Shown: in pieces, positions 25,515 through 37,940 of the stretch
Layout of the letters: each line of letters begins with the position of its first letter
Position numbering within the stretch: the first letter of the stretch is position 1
Position numbers and translations under genes: made by a program
The notes under the pieces: generated by a model
What the model saw: the letters and a program-made list of their open reading frames with translations, nothing else
Told to the model about the DNA's origin: nothing
Database searches by the model: none
Assembly (NCBI GenBank): GCA_030141605.1
Contig: JAQGDQ010000015.1
Span: 744,001 to 808,000, forward strand
Source of the DNA: Tubiluchus corallicola
Taxonomy: Eukaryota > Animalia > Priapulida
Direction: 5' to 3'
Length of the DNA stretch: 64,000 bases

Positions 25515-26450
25515 TTTGAGAATCTGTACGAAAGATCACATTGATCTGTTATTCCTGTACAAGGTTTCCCATATTTGTTTTGCTGAAATTCGGAAAAGTA
25601 GAAGAAATTATCTTTTACGACAGTTGTCTATAACTATGAGTTACTGGATGTACTTTCACTAAAGGTCTGCGATAGTTAAAAATGATGCCATATTTGATGA
25701 CACACATGCTCGAGTTCAGCATTCAGTCCAGTAGTAAAGACTAATGGAACGCACTAATAAATGGTAGTGCCTCAACGTTTACAACAGGCGAAATACTGAT
25801 GTGAAGAAGAATTACAAAGTACTAGAATTATACTACATTGCGCTTAGACTGTATTTTATGAATCAGAAGACAATGTCTGTTAAGGTGGCCCCTCAGTGGG
25901 TTTGGGGCAGTACCTAAAAAGCCGTACACTTCCTGCCTTTTAAGCTACTTTTATTTTTAAGACCAAAAACCGGAAGAAGCTTGCTATTTCGCGTGCACTA
26001 ATTTCAGACATTTTGATGTATCATCGAATCTAAGACTAAGACAAGTTGATCACTAATTTATGTCACGACACATTTTGGTTAAGAAATAATGAACAAAAAA
26101 CATGCACTGATACTAAGCTATTTGTTATCAAATAGCCATGTGCTCACACACATTTTTACTTGTCTTAATGGCACCTGATGTATAGTTTAGTATAATTTAT
26201 TTATTCCAAAAGCTAGTTTACACAAAAATGACAATTTACAATGAGCAAGACAATTTATCAGCTCAGATCATAAGTAAAACTTGTAAGATCTGAATCGAAT
26301 AGGCGATATGGAATGAAATGATGAAGTCATGTGATTCCTGAATAGGCTATATGGAATGAAATGATAAATGATAAAGTCATGTGATTCCTAAAAATTGTAC
26401 TGGTCACATAAAATCTCTATCAATAGCTCTACACTCAAGTCGTTAGTTTT

Positions 26451-27150
26451 TTGTCCATGGGGTTTACTTGCAAACACACACTCAGTGATACTGTGTTATC
26501 TTTAACTAAACGAAAAATTCAAAAAGTTGTAATAAGAGATAAAACCAGCTTTGTTACAGAAAATTTTATTTGTGAAGTAACTGAAGCCTTCAATATTATT
26601 GATTTTTCTTCTTTACATACTATTGAAGCTTTTGAGTTGTTTTATGATGTCCTTAGTAGAGTAATAAATAAGCACTTGCCATTAAAAACTCTTTCTAGGC
26701 AACAATCTAAAACATGTAAGAAACCGTAGATAACTACTAAATTACTAATGTCTATAAAAATCAGAAGCGAACTATATAAGTCACACAAATTTGCCTATAA
26801 CCTCTATAAATTAAACTACTATAAAGTAATAATTATCTGCTCTAATAATTTATATCATACAAACAAAAAAGCTGAAAAACAATACTACAAAAACTTACTG
26901 GAAAAAAATAAAATGTTACTAGAAAAATTTGGAGTACTATAAATGATTTAGCTAACCGAAAAAATAAAGATTCTATATTACCAAATAAAATAACAAATAA
27001 CGGTTTTGAAACAAGTAATCAAAAAATCATTTGTGAGGCTTTTCCAGAATGTGTTTTTTATTTCTCCCATTATCGAGCATGAAATTCTCAACGAAATTAA
27101 CAAGAATGAAATAACTATGGGCCAATTGCACTCCTTCCTTGTTAAGTAAA
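26451..27150 (+). mobile_element. Decayed LINE (CR1/L2-group) ORF2 fragment, endonuclease-RT linker
   Basis: Frameshifted FYDVLSRVINKHLPLKT..KKP*IT.KLLMSIK.R..LYK...KKAEKQYY, matching the 'KPWIT' linker pattern. Confidence 0.7.
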
Positions 27151-27165
27151 ATTTTTGAAAAATTA

Positions 27166-27349
27166 CAGTCGAACCTTGTTATAACATCCCCCTTTATAAT
27201 ACCAACCTTGTTTAATGCCCAAATATTTTCAAAAAACAAAATGTCTATATTTGCGTAGACATGTATGTATTGACCTCGTTATGACACAAACTCGCTATAA
27301 CGTCAACTTTTTTGCAGTCCCAAAGTGAGCGTATAAAGAGGTTTGACTG
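27166..27349. mobile_element. Tigger/pogo-type MITE
   Basis: TIRs CAGTCGAACCT / AGGTTTGACTG, TA target duplication on both sides, internal GTTATAAC-type repeats. Confidence 0.8.
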
Positions 27350-27623
27350 TAATTAAAAATGAGATTTGCAGCTTGACCGTTTCAATGTTGAATATTGACA
27401 TAATTTATTAGAGAGTGTTTTTTTATAATATTGTGTAGCTGATAGTGCTGCAATTATTATTTGTTCTTATTAATTGTCATAATTATTATTGTCACAGCTT
27501 TCACTGTGTGAATGAACTTGGCAAGTAATACTGTATTTTCTACAAGTTGCAAAATATTTACGTACATAATATTTCTCAAAAGTTTTTATAAGTTTGCATT
27601 TTTGCTAGTTTTAGAATTCCAAC

Positions 27624-27729
27624 ATGAGAGGAAAAAAGAGAGCTAAGATATTCATTAAGGGGCTGCCTGAAAGTACAGAAGAAAATGAAATACAGCAAGT
27701 TTTTGGAAAGTTTGGAAATATTTTGGAAG
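27624..27729 (+). CDS. Single-RRM RNA-binding protein (CIRBP/RBM3-like), coding exon 1 (RNP2)
   Basis: aacATG; KIFIKGLPESTEENEIQQVFGKFGNILE; G|GTAAAA donor; upstream ttttag acceptor implies a non-coding 5' exon. Confidence 0.88.
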
Positions 27730-27834
27730 GTAAAATGCATTTATTTATTAACATTCAATCATTTTTTAAAGTGTGTATAATTGAATATTATCTTTTGAAA
27801 TATACAAGGCTATAGCTTGGTTACTTAATTTTTT

Positions 27835-28600
27835 TCGTTTTTTATTTATTTATTGAACCATTAAAAAATTAATTACAGGAGATAAAGAAAAAATGACTTA
27901 AAAAAACATTATGCATCTAAACAAAGAAACCACATATAAGTGGTATAATGGTTCAAGCATGAAAAATGCATACAACAAAGCAACATACATATATATTATA
28001 AACTTAATATTACATATGTATTACAGTTAATCAGTTAATCAAGCTTGCACTGAGTTATCTCAGTCAGGCCTATCTTCAAATATTTTGTGGACCAATCTAG
28101 CATTAATTTTAATAACTTCCCCATCTTTTGATGCATTTAAAAATGCGAATCAGAAAGGATACCAAAACATTGCTCTCTTACATGAACGTGCAGTGGACAT
28201 TCAGTAATTACATGCAATTCATTTGTTCAAACAATAATTTTTACATATTTGATGTTCTACAGGTATTTTTTTCGGCTTATGATATCTACCGATTTCATTT
28301 GCTAATTTATGAGCACTAATACGAAATCTTGTTAAGTTAGTTTTGACATGTTTTGGAATACCAATCAACAAATAATTTTTCATCTTGTCAGAATTTTTAA
28401 AAAGTTTATACGTTCTAAGTTTATTGCTATTTTCGTTTGGTGCAGCCCGGTTTATTTCCTCAAGCCAGTACTGTGTTACCTGAGATTCAAGTTTATCTTT
28501 GATAGCTTTGATAAATTTCTTTTTACCAAATGTACCTTGGTGTTCCCATACATGTTCACCCACTTCGTTTAATTAAACAACTATTTTATTTATACCATCT
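27835..28600 (-). mobile_element. 5'-truncated LINE 3' end (RTEX-like C-terminal CCHC region)
   Basis: KLRTYKLFK..YL..LTRFRISAHKLANEIGRY..P.EHQICK.C; A-rich (AATA)n tail at ~27835-27855 on minus. Confidence 0.8.
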
Positions 28601-28789
28601 GTTTATTAAAATATTGGTTGAGAATTATTGATTCCTAACATTGAGGATTTGTGCAAAATTTTTACATTAGTATTATGCACATAATTATTCCGCTGATATG
28701 CTTAATATTATATTTGAAAATGGAATCACTCCATTGTGATATTACTAGAAAGTCTTTTTAAAAGCAATGCTTTTTACCTTATTTTCTAG

Positions 28790-28896
28790 TTTTGCTTATG
28801 AGGAATCATAAAACAAATAAGCCACGTGGCTATGGATTTGTGACATATGATGATGATGTAGATGCAACCAAAGCTTGTAAAACTATGAATGGCAGG
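28790..28896 (+). CDS. RRM protein exon 2 (RNP1)
   Basis: VLLMRNHKTNKPRGYGFVTYDDDVDATKACKTMNGR; RNP1 = RGYGFVTY; attttctag / AGG|GTGTGT. Confidence 0.92.
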
Positions 28897-29546
28897 GTGT
28901 GTTAAGTGTTTTTTTTGGTTATTATTTCACATCTTTTTTATTTCAGTCTGTGTAATAGTCTGCCCACTTGCTACCATAGTAATAAAAACTTATGGTCTGT
29001 CAATAGGTGTGAACAAATAATTGACTAGTTGTACTACAAATTCTTTTTTCTGCTCTGTTCTCAAAAGAAGTTTACCTTAATCGACATATAAACTTTCATA
29101 ACATTTCTTAAAACCAAAGGTCTTTTTATTGTAAAGGAACAAAAGTATTAGCCTATTGTAAAAAGTAAAAAATAGTTTGGAGGAACTGAATTTGTGCTTT
29201 GTGGAACATCAGTAAATGTGTTCTGAATTTCTGATTTCTAAGAAGTTAGGGCTGAAGTAGATAAAAACTGGTGGAAAAAAAGTGGATGTGTACCACTATG
29301 TATGGATAAACTAGATGTAGAAAAAAAGTCAGACGCATAATAAGTAGCATAAGGACATTGACCTAGTTAAAAAAAGCGATGGGCAGAACAGCATTCAGTG
29401 ATGTTGTTTTAACTTGCTACTTCTTGGTATTGTCCCTCCGTAACCACTAACTTGGCTTTTCCATACAGTCAGTTATGGAAATTGTGGTTCTGAAATCTGT
29501 GGTAATTCTACGACTTTAATAGTGTTATCCTATTTTGGTTGTGTAG

Positions 29547-29733
29547 ATATTCATGGAATCAACATTGTATGTGTCATTGACCAAGATTTCTCATGCTTGC
29601 AAAAGAGCTCCTCATGGCTTATCTGAAAATGGACAGGATAACTGTCTACGACGACATGCAGCTGTTGATCACTCAAGATCAATGGTTGAAACTAATGTTA
29701 AAGGTACAGCTGATGAAAAGAAACCTGAAATAG
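29547..29733 (+). CDS. RRM protein exon 3 (beta4 and start of disordered tail)
   Basis: IFMESTLYVSLTK...KKPEI; gtgtag / G|GTATGA; phase 0-1. Confidence 0.8.
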
Positions 29734-30371
29734 GTATGACTTACATGCTTTTTGGTTATTTTGCTGTGTTAGCTAGTTAGCAATGTTTATGACCAAAGTA
29801 CAGAGTGTGCCATTTCAATCACAGACTGAAGAAAAATCGAATTTCTCTGGAATGATAGGTAATTTTAGATTTCTGCAAATAACTACTTTGACTACAGGTA
29901 AATGCAATCACTAATTATTTATTAAGTTTTGAATCTTACTGTTAAAAAAAGTAAATGTTAAACACTAAAATCATGTCAATACTTTAAGCATTAATAACTA
30001 TGTGACATAGTAGTAGACAGTGACTAAAGTGAATTTGTAACAAAAAGTCAAGGTTTTCGTTTGCCGGGGGCAGTCATTTCTTTGTTGGAATCTAGTAAAT
30101 TCTGCTTCTGTATTTGCAAGGTGCACGGTATGATGCAATGCTGTGATTGGCTGATTGTACTGTTCAGCCATAACTTCATTATGATGTAGCACCAAACTCT
30201 GGAGGTCTTCTTACTTTCCTTCCTTTTATTTAAACATCTCTCTTAGGAATCTTTGGCATTAATAAATTATTACTTCTTAATCACTGTTATTTTACTTGCT
30301 GTTCCTGAGAATTTGTTAGACTTTAACAGCATTAAAGTTTATTATGAACTTTGCTCGCATTTTAATGTCAG

Positions 30372-30491
30372 GTTGGTCTCAAGTTAGTGATGACAGTGGT
30401 TTAGATGGTAGCTACACCTCTTATGACTCGCAAGAAGAATCTTTCAGTGTTTCACAGTCAACTGTTGACACTGGCATCTGCAACGATGATG
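30372..30491 (+). CDS. RRM protein exon 4 (acidic, Ser-rich)
   Basis: GWSQVSDDSGLDGSYTSYDSQEES...; aatgtcag / G|GTATGC; 120 nt, phase 1-1. Confidence 0.75.
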
Positions 30492-30705
30492 GTATGCAAA
30501 CCAAAGAAGCAACTTTCTATGTGTGTTCAGTTTTGCAATACCATGTTGTACCAAATTTAGACTGAATGTATGTTGTATTTGGAATTGTTCTCCTGCATTT
30601 ACAGGATTGATGTCGTACCATGTCTTGATACAGTGTGGATGTTAATTTCCCTTTGGTAGACCCTCTAGTAGCTTATAGAGTAAATTCCTATTTCTGAAAA
30701 GTCAA

Positions 30706-30800
30706 AGTGGCTCTGTAGTGTAGTGGTTAGCATTGATGCTCAGAAAGTAGAAGGCATGGATGCAAATCCTACCGGAAGTGCAAAATGTTTTTCAAAATTT
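30706..30800 (+). mobile_element. tRNA-derived SINE head (degenerate)
   Basis: A box TAGTGTAGTGG, degenerate B box GATGCAAATCC; no intact cloverleaf. Confidence 0.6.
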
Positions 30801-31082
30801 CTAATTTAGTTTTGTTTGCGTGCATTTATTAGATTATCCTGCAGTTACCAATTTAAGAAATTCTCCCGTTTTTACCATAGTTCTTAATTAGTCTTATAAT
30901 CTGCCACAGTAATGTGCACATTTTGCTACTACTTATTAACAGAAAGAGATATTCGTTTATTACGTGTGCTTTGCTGTTGTTTAACATGCGTAGCTAATAA
31001 GTTAGTTTTGTATTAGCTTTACATAGTCAGTCATACACTAGATCTATGCCCTCTTTTCATCGTTTATTTTTTTGTTTCTTAA

Positions 31083-31620
31083 AGGAAAGGTCAAGCCTTC
31101 TAATAGGTTAGGCTTATTTCAATGCTCTCGAAAAGTGTTAGAAGGATTTAGTAGTAAAACTGCAATAAGAGCCTCATGTAACTAGTAAAATCATTTTAAA
31201 GTCGTGATCACTTCATGCTTGGGCGCTCTCATTTTGAACGCCTATTCTTCTTCCAATGACGTCATTTGTCCTGAAGAAAAGTAGTGCACTGTCAGTCTTC
31301 GTCAAAAGTATGATAAGTTTTTACAAAAACATTAGATCGTTGATTTTTTAACATTTTTGCGTGAATATTAGGTAAGCTGCAGAAGTTTAAATTAGTTTAA
31401 GCCGCACGCGCTCACAGAAAGCCAGTATGCACTTACGAAAAGTCATGAAATCCGCCACTTACCTCATAATTTTCAAACGAATCGCGGCAACCCCATGCCT
31501 GAAAATTTCTATTCAGAAGAAGTATATTTTAGATTTATGCTTTATATAGAATTTTTTTTGTTCTTTGCTATATTTTTCTAAGTTTAAGTGATAATAGTGA
31601 AACAAACCTTGCTCTTTCCT
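31083..31620. mobile_element. Kolobok-like non-autonomous DNA element
   Basis: TTAA on both flanks; TIR AGGAAAGGTCAAG / CTTGCTCTTTCCT (11/13). Confidence 0.65.
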
Positions 31621-31756
31621 TTAAAATAATTCAAGTTACGGGAAATAATGTCAATTTTGTGGTAGTCTCACATTAATGTCACTTTATCTGGTTTCATTAC
31701 ATTTTTGCGACTGTCGTGAGATGCACACTATTTTAAATTAATTTCATTTTCTCAAG

Positions 31757-31903
31757 CTTACACTAGTCATCCTGCTCGAACGAGTTGTCAGTACCAACAG
31801 GACTCTGAAAGACATGAAAAACCGGGTCTTATAGGATCTTTTCAATGTCATACAAATGCAGTAGAAGCAAAGGAAAAAAGATTTGATACCTTTAGTCAAA
31901 AGG
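31757..31903 (+). CDS. RRM protein exon 5
   Basis: attttctcaag acceptor, G|GTAACT donor; open YTSHPARTSCQYQQDSERHEKPG...FSQK; 147 nt, phase 1-1. Confidence 0.65.
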
Positions 31904-32814
31904 GTAACTATCTTTTGTAAAAATTTAAATTACGAAAAAAAATTTCTTACTTATGAACCGACAGTTAGACGTTGCTTATTGAAGCGTCTTTCTTCAGAAG
32001 TGACATAACTAGTCTGTTGTTTCACTGTGTATATGTAGCTTTTAGTCGGATTGTAAAGTGTGAAGTCGTAAACTAACGGAAACAACTTTAGAACTGTAGT
32101 CTTTAGAAAAACCTGTTTTCACTTATTTTGCCAAACACTTTGGTAAAGAAAATACTCTGTTTGCTAGTCCAAAACAAAATACAATAACAATAAAGTTATA
32201 CATCACGTTATACCAAATCTTAGAGGCAACACAGCTCTCTCTCCACGCTGACTCTTTTTTCTCTTTGTTCTCTGCCTCCTTTTTTGCATGCCCAACCCCT
32301 TTTTTGTACTAGCTATTATTCGTCATTAGACTGTGTCAGTAAATTAAAAAACTAGGTGACGGTACTCTTGATTGCGATGTTTTGTAATAGTCCGGACCTG
32401 ATGCAATGTTTAACAGAAATAAGGACATTCTGTAGGGATGTATTCCCACAGAGAAAAAAGTTTGAATCAGGTGTTTAGGTCTGTCAACTTTATGAAAGTG
32501 CAGCTCGGGCGATGGATTGAGTCGCAAGTATCAGGAAGATGTTTCTAGCTAAAGTCCGCGCCATGATCGCAAAGATAGTGCGGGTAGATCACATGGCATT
32601 AACACTTATGAGATGGTTGTCACTTCATGTCCCTGTTGGGCATCATGACATTTCACGATACTCAATTGGAACACAAAAAAGTGATCTAAACACACAGAAC
32701 TATTATGGAAGCCACCACTGAAATGCCAAAAGTGCAAGAAATGTGAGAAGCAATCTGTTTGGCTGGTAGGAGGCCGAACCAGCCAATCTCTAGGCTTCTG
32801 TTATCGAGCCGGTG

Positions 32815-32938
32815 GATCGGCCCAGTCATCTTCTTGGTCATAATAGGTTGTTCATTTGGACTTGGTTATTTTATAATTATAAGATAACTAAATCAAAATG
32901 ATCTACCTACTATGACCAAGAAGACGACTGGGCCAATC
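32815..32938. repeat. ~124-bp fold-back palindrome
   Basis: Arms GGCCCAGTCATCTTCTTGGTCATA... / ...TATGACCAAGAAGACGACTGGGCC; 8 mismatches in ~57 bp; centred on ATAATTAT. Confidence 0.9.
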
Positions 32939-33260
32939 AATTTATAAGTAGCTCGCAAGCTGAAATATTGTGGTCACCCCTGATATAGGGGGATTCCCAG
33001 ATTTTAGTTTCTGTTTAGGCTTGGTAGTACTCATCTCGGTCAGTGGTTGTTTCATTGTTTCATCAGGTGTTAATCTATTAATCACCCATCACTAATTTCC
33101 GCCATATTTTATTTTTTTTGTAGACTATAGGTACATCATTAACTATGTGTGCTGTAACAGAGGTTTGCTGAAATTGTAAATTATCTTTTGAACCTAATAT
33201 ATTTTCTGGTCGAACATGTTAGTGATCATTAACAGTTTTACCATTGCTTTTTATATACAG

Positions 33261-33449
33261 GGGATAATCGAAATCTTAGTGGAGGAAAATTAAGCAGTCA
33301 TAGAGGTGATTATCGATATTCTGGTTATGCGCCTCCCATGAGAATTCTTGAAGGTAGTAGTTTATCGCCTCTCCCTGGCTTTAGGCGACCACATCGATGT
33401 CCTAGCCATCGTGGTGACCCGGTTAGTGTTGCACCATATCATTATATAG
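33261..33449 (+). CDS. RRM protein exon 6 (G/R/S/Y-rich)
   Basis: tatatacag / G|GTAAGA; DNRNLSGGKLSSHRGDYRYSGYAPP...; 189 nt, phase 1-1. Confidence 0.78.
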
Positions 33450-34081
33450 GTAAGACTTAACATGATTTAAATTGTATTCTGACATTCTATCATCAGTTTC
33501 ATCAAAACTGTTGCTTTTAAATTGAAATTTGGTTTAGCTTTTCTTATTGAAAGTACTGGTTTCATTTTGCTTCTTGAAAGGTAAGCCAACAATGAAAAAA
33601 AAGAAAAATCTGTACACTTGCTGATGTTTAATTAGTGTCTGAAATAGTTCTTTAGTTTACTTGTTTGTGTTGAAGTTGCTTTTCTGCCATACTGTATCTC
33701 TTAACAAACTATTGAAATTAGTCATCAGTTTGATTATATAATGTACAGACACTGGAAGTTTTATAGTACTTTGTTTGCTAGAAACAGCAGTGAAGTTGAT
33801 CTTTTTGTACGTAACTTCAACTGACTTGCTACTAAGTTCTTTCAAGCTACAGAATTATTGAATTATGCCACACATTAATGAGTTATGAGTGTTCTCTATA
33901 ATAGGTGTTCTCTATTTCTGATTTAATAGGTACTGGTACCATATTTTATGTTTTTTCTTGTGTTAGCCTTGTTTAAATAAAAAATGCTAAAATGCATATA
34001 TACATTAATTATATTTATTTTTGAAGCTCTGATTTTTTTTGGCATTTTATAATTTTATTATTCATCATCTGTCCTGTGTAG

Positions 34082-34255
34082 GATCAAGAGATGTTCAGCT
34101 ACAACAGCATGGTAACTTCTCTGTGCAACATAGCACAAGAAACCAACGTATGCCTAAAGCAAGTAACTATGGAACAAAATTTAGTGATACCCAAAGCAGA
34201 CCTAGTGGAGCAAGACTTCCAGGCTCACTTATTCCATCTCTTTATCTTCGCAACT
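34082..34255 (+). CDS. RRM protein exon 7
   Basis: cctgtgtag / T|GTAAGT; SRDVQLQQHGNF...PSLYLRN; 174 nt, phase 1-1. Confidence 0.75.
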
Positions 34256-35944
34256 GTAAGTACAGAAGATTATTGTCTCTTGCTTTGACAATAAGTGTTT
34301 CCAGAATGTCATGTGGTAAAACATTTACATATCAGTTGCAATAGCTGCATAGTTTGCAATATACATGGCCTACACTTTACATGTTCTTTATTCATTCTAT
34401 CCTGTGTTCTGTTAGGTTCTACATGACCTGCTTTCTACATGGCGGTACATAACCTTTTGCTAAAAGAGTATAAAAACAACAAGCAATAGTACAAAACAGT
34501 TTATTACATCAAAGTATGCCTGAAGCACTTGCAAATCTATCACACCCTCAAAATTTAATGTGAAAGCATCAGATATCCTGTACAGCCTGCAATCTTGAAT
34601 GTGTGATCACAGCAGTGACTTAAAAACTCTGGGATTAATTTTTTTAGTCAAACTGAATGGCTTGGAAATTCACTGGACCTCAACCCTATGAAAAACAAAG
34701 TTATTCTGAAAGACAAAGTGGATGCTTTGCAGAGATGCACCCATCATCATGCACATTCTGCGGATTTGCAGTTTTGCAGACCTGCGTCTGCATTTTTCTG
34801 CAGTTTTGCGGAGCTACGGACCTGCACTGCTTGCTGACGTGGTACAGTTGTGGTTCCAGCATGTTCTTAATTATTTTCTTTGGACGTGGTTTCAAAGCTG
34901 GAATACTAAGTTTTCTGAAAGCTTATTTGAATTTTTTTCCTACTTGCAGGCCAAAAACATATTGCATAACTAGTTACTCAGTAGCCGGATTCACGTGGAA
35001 TTAGCTGTTACAGCCTCTAATTGAGCTAAACCAGCATCTCAGTTTTATAAACTATAATTTTTTGAGGGGATCCATGAAGAGTTGCAGACCCAGTTATTGT
35101 ACACAGTCCACGATACCATTTCCTTGCGGACTTTGCGTATTTGCCAATCCAAAATAGCGCATCTCCGATGCTTAGATGATCGAAATATGCTATTGATCAT
35201 CAGTATACGATTATTAGTACAGTATGCTATCAGTATACGACAAGACAAGCTTGTGAAACATCTGCAAGATGTGTGACAGGATCTTGAGCTCTGCAAGTTC
35301 CCTGCTCCGATCGTACCCTCAAGATTACAGCTGTGAAGGCTAACCCGATTTTATTTGCACTGTTATTCGTCGTTTTGTACTCCCTCCCCCAGCATAAGGT
35401 TACGACACACTGTATGTGATCTGTGTTCTTTACTAGCCGAATTTTACTTAGTCTTGAGTATTTGATTTTTATGTGTACTACTTTTTGTCTTTCCTTTCTG
35501 CTTGGTTCAACAAATTCTTCTTTCACGTGGTCTGCATTCTGCACGGTCTGATCTCTACTTGGTTTTCTTTTTTCCACGATTTGTATAATGAGATAGCGTG
35601 GTCCATATTCTGTGCAACATTGTATTTTACAGTGAGTCTATGTGGTCTATCGTTCAGGCAAATTTTGGTGTCGTTATATTAAACTAGCTAGAAAGAACGT
35701 TCTAGAGCTGTTAGTCTTTAGCAAGACGAGTTACACATTATGTAATTTGTTAAATTTTCTTTGTTGCTCATACATTTAAATGCAAGATTGAACTGAGGGT
35801 AGATTATGTGACTTCTCATTGATTTAAATCTTACTGCGTGGTTTAAATCTTAATGAATCCTGTAGAGAGCACTGCTAACCTATTTTTCAGCATGTCTCCA
35901 TTGAATGACTTGTAAAAATCACTATTTGTTTTCTCTCTCTGCAG

Positions 35945-35980
35945 ACATCATAAATTTATTAGAGGAATCTTTCAGACAGA
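35945..35980 (+). CDS. Candidate 36-nt in-frame cassette exon of the RRM gene
   Basis: Strong ttttctctctctgcag acceptor, A|GTATGT donor; YIINLLEESFRQ, phase 1-1. Confidence 0.5.
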
Positions 35981-37841
35981 GTATGTTTGCTGGTTCCCAT
36001 GTGTTTCAAATTAAATTGGCTTAAATTAAGCACGCTTTAGCGGAAACTGGAGCCCAAATATCAGCTTGACAAATAAACCTTTTCATTGATTATTTTCCAT
36101 ATTGCCAGTGCCGGCACGTGATTTGTGTTATTCTGAAATTGAGCTGGTGAATATTTAGTAATATTTCGTTGCTCTGCTGTGGTTTTAATAGCATTCAAGT
36201 ATTTCGTAAAGAAAACACGGCATTCCGCTGCTGTTCGCATACGGATTTGCCAAAACTTGGCCGACAGCTGCTCAAATTACATTCAGTCGAACAGCTGGCA
36301 TTCAAAGGTTTCCCTTTTTGTCTGTAGCCATATTATGCACTTCAGTGAAATATTGAAATTCCCGGGTAGAAATTGGCAAGCATTTACCAAGCAGATGCCT
36401 ATGCATTCATTTACATACATTGCATACACTTGATTTCTTTGCATTGTAAATATTGTTCATTTCAGAACTTTAGCAAGTGCCCATAGAGTGATGAGCCCAA
36501 TATTGCTTATGTAATCTATGTATTACATAATGAGATTAAGGTCTTCTTGCAATTCTTGTTTGTCAGGGACACTTCAGAAACCCTTACCCAGATGTAAATA
36601 AGGAATAAATGCTCTTAATTGCTGAATTAGTTATATAACAGTCCTGCTTTTGTCTGTTTTTGCTGAATTGTCATTTATATGAAAAATATATTCTTAGCTT
36701 AATAATGACTGTTTCCTGTGACAACAGTAAATTTTGAAACCCGCTAACATCTAGGTAACAATACTGTGTACTTGTCTACTTTTTACACTTTTCATGTATT
36801 GAACAAGAGGAAGAATTGACACATTACTGGCACTAGAGCAAAAAAGCACAGTGTTTTATTCAATATTGTAATCAACACAATTAGTATCTTAGAGGTGAGA
36901 TAACTAATGTTTAGTAAATGCATAAACATTTAAATGCTAAAGAGGACAAGCTGTAAATTAAAATGATATAATTTAATAAAGTTACCTGTATCCATCGTTA
37001 GTAGCAGAGTAATGGGTAGTTCATCAGATTTCTGTACACACCATTTTGTATGATACTTAATCTTGTCCTGTTAAACTCACAAAAGAGTTTATTTCTTAAG
37101 TGTTACCCAGGGAAAGCTTTGAAGGAAATTTCAAGTTTTATTTAAACATTTCTTTGAAATCTGTTAAATGACTTTAATTTTAGGTTTCCTTCGCATGGTT
37201 GGTGGTTTCTTAAAAAAACAGTTTCAGTTTTTTTGGTTGAGCAGAGTTTTTTGCAAAACGGGGGCAGTTATTACAGGCTAGTACCAATAATTAATTTAGC
37301 ATTATATATGTGGTGAAATATCGTATGCATCCGCTTCATAGTCTTCTTTGAAGAACTAAACCAAGAGCCAAAAGTTGAGAGTATAAGCAACATTTATTTA
37401 AAGGCATTCATTTTAGTTTTCATTAATTTGTGTTGGTTTAGTTGCTTCCTGGAAGATGACTTGTTCATTTCATCTGAGTAAAATTTTTGGTTTTGCACTT
37501 CAATCAAATTGCAGTATCATGGCACGTGCTTTAATAGATCTGTCATTTGGAAGCAATACATTGTTGATTGTTCAGCAATTGTCTGTTGGAATTAGTAATC
37601 GGATTATCTATGGCACTACAGAACTCCGTGCAAAGAATGCGTTCATCTATGCTGTTTTTTGTTTCGAGCAGAAGGTTGCAATTAGGTGAGTGTAAATATG
37701 TTCGGAAAAAGCCGGACCGCTCGCTGTGCCCAAATATTGACTGTTTGTTTGCTTGTTTCATTCTAAGAGCTGTTTAATGAAAATATACGCTTGTCTGTAG
37801 TTAAATAAAGTAAGCTGATAGTATTGTTTTCTTTTTTGCAG

Positions 37842-37940
37842 CCTGCGCGCTGCTGTTGAAGCCCTGTCAGAGGCCCGGTTTTGCTGGCAAGACAGCTTTG
37901 CCCCCTGCTGGAATTCATGCTGTGCATGCTGTACTTTGCT
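37842..37940 (+). CDS. Candidate 99-nt in-frame cassette exon of the RRM gene
   Basis: ttttcttttttgcag acceptor, T|GTGAGG donor; locally GC-rich; open in phase 1-1 (SCALLLKPCQRPGFAGKTALPPAGIHAVHAVLC). Confidence 0.45.

Noticed and set aside
30706-30800. Possible tRNA genes (also 53640-53725, 39560-39610)
   Set aside because: A/B boxes are present but the stems do not close a cloverleaf; better explained as SINE heads.
32330-32800. Possible LINE 3' remnant on minus
   Set aside because: Only a vague FF...W-like resemblance; too decayed to call.
34657-35296. Overlapping 64-115 aa ORFs as a nested gene
   Set aside because: No recognisable domain or consistent exon chain; treated as a poison-exon/regulatory region instead.
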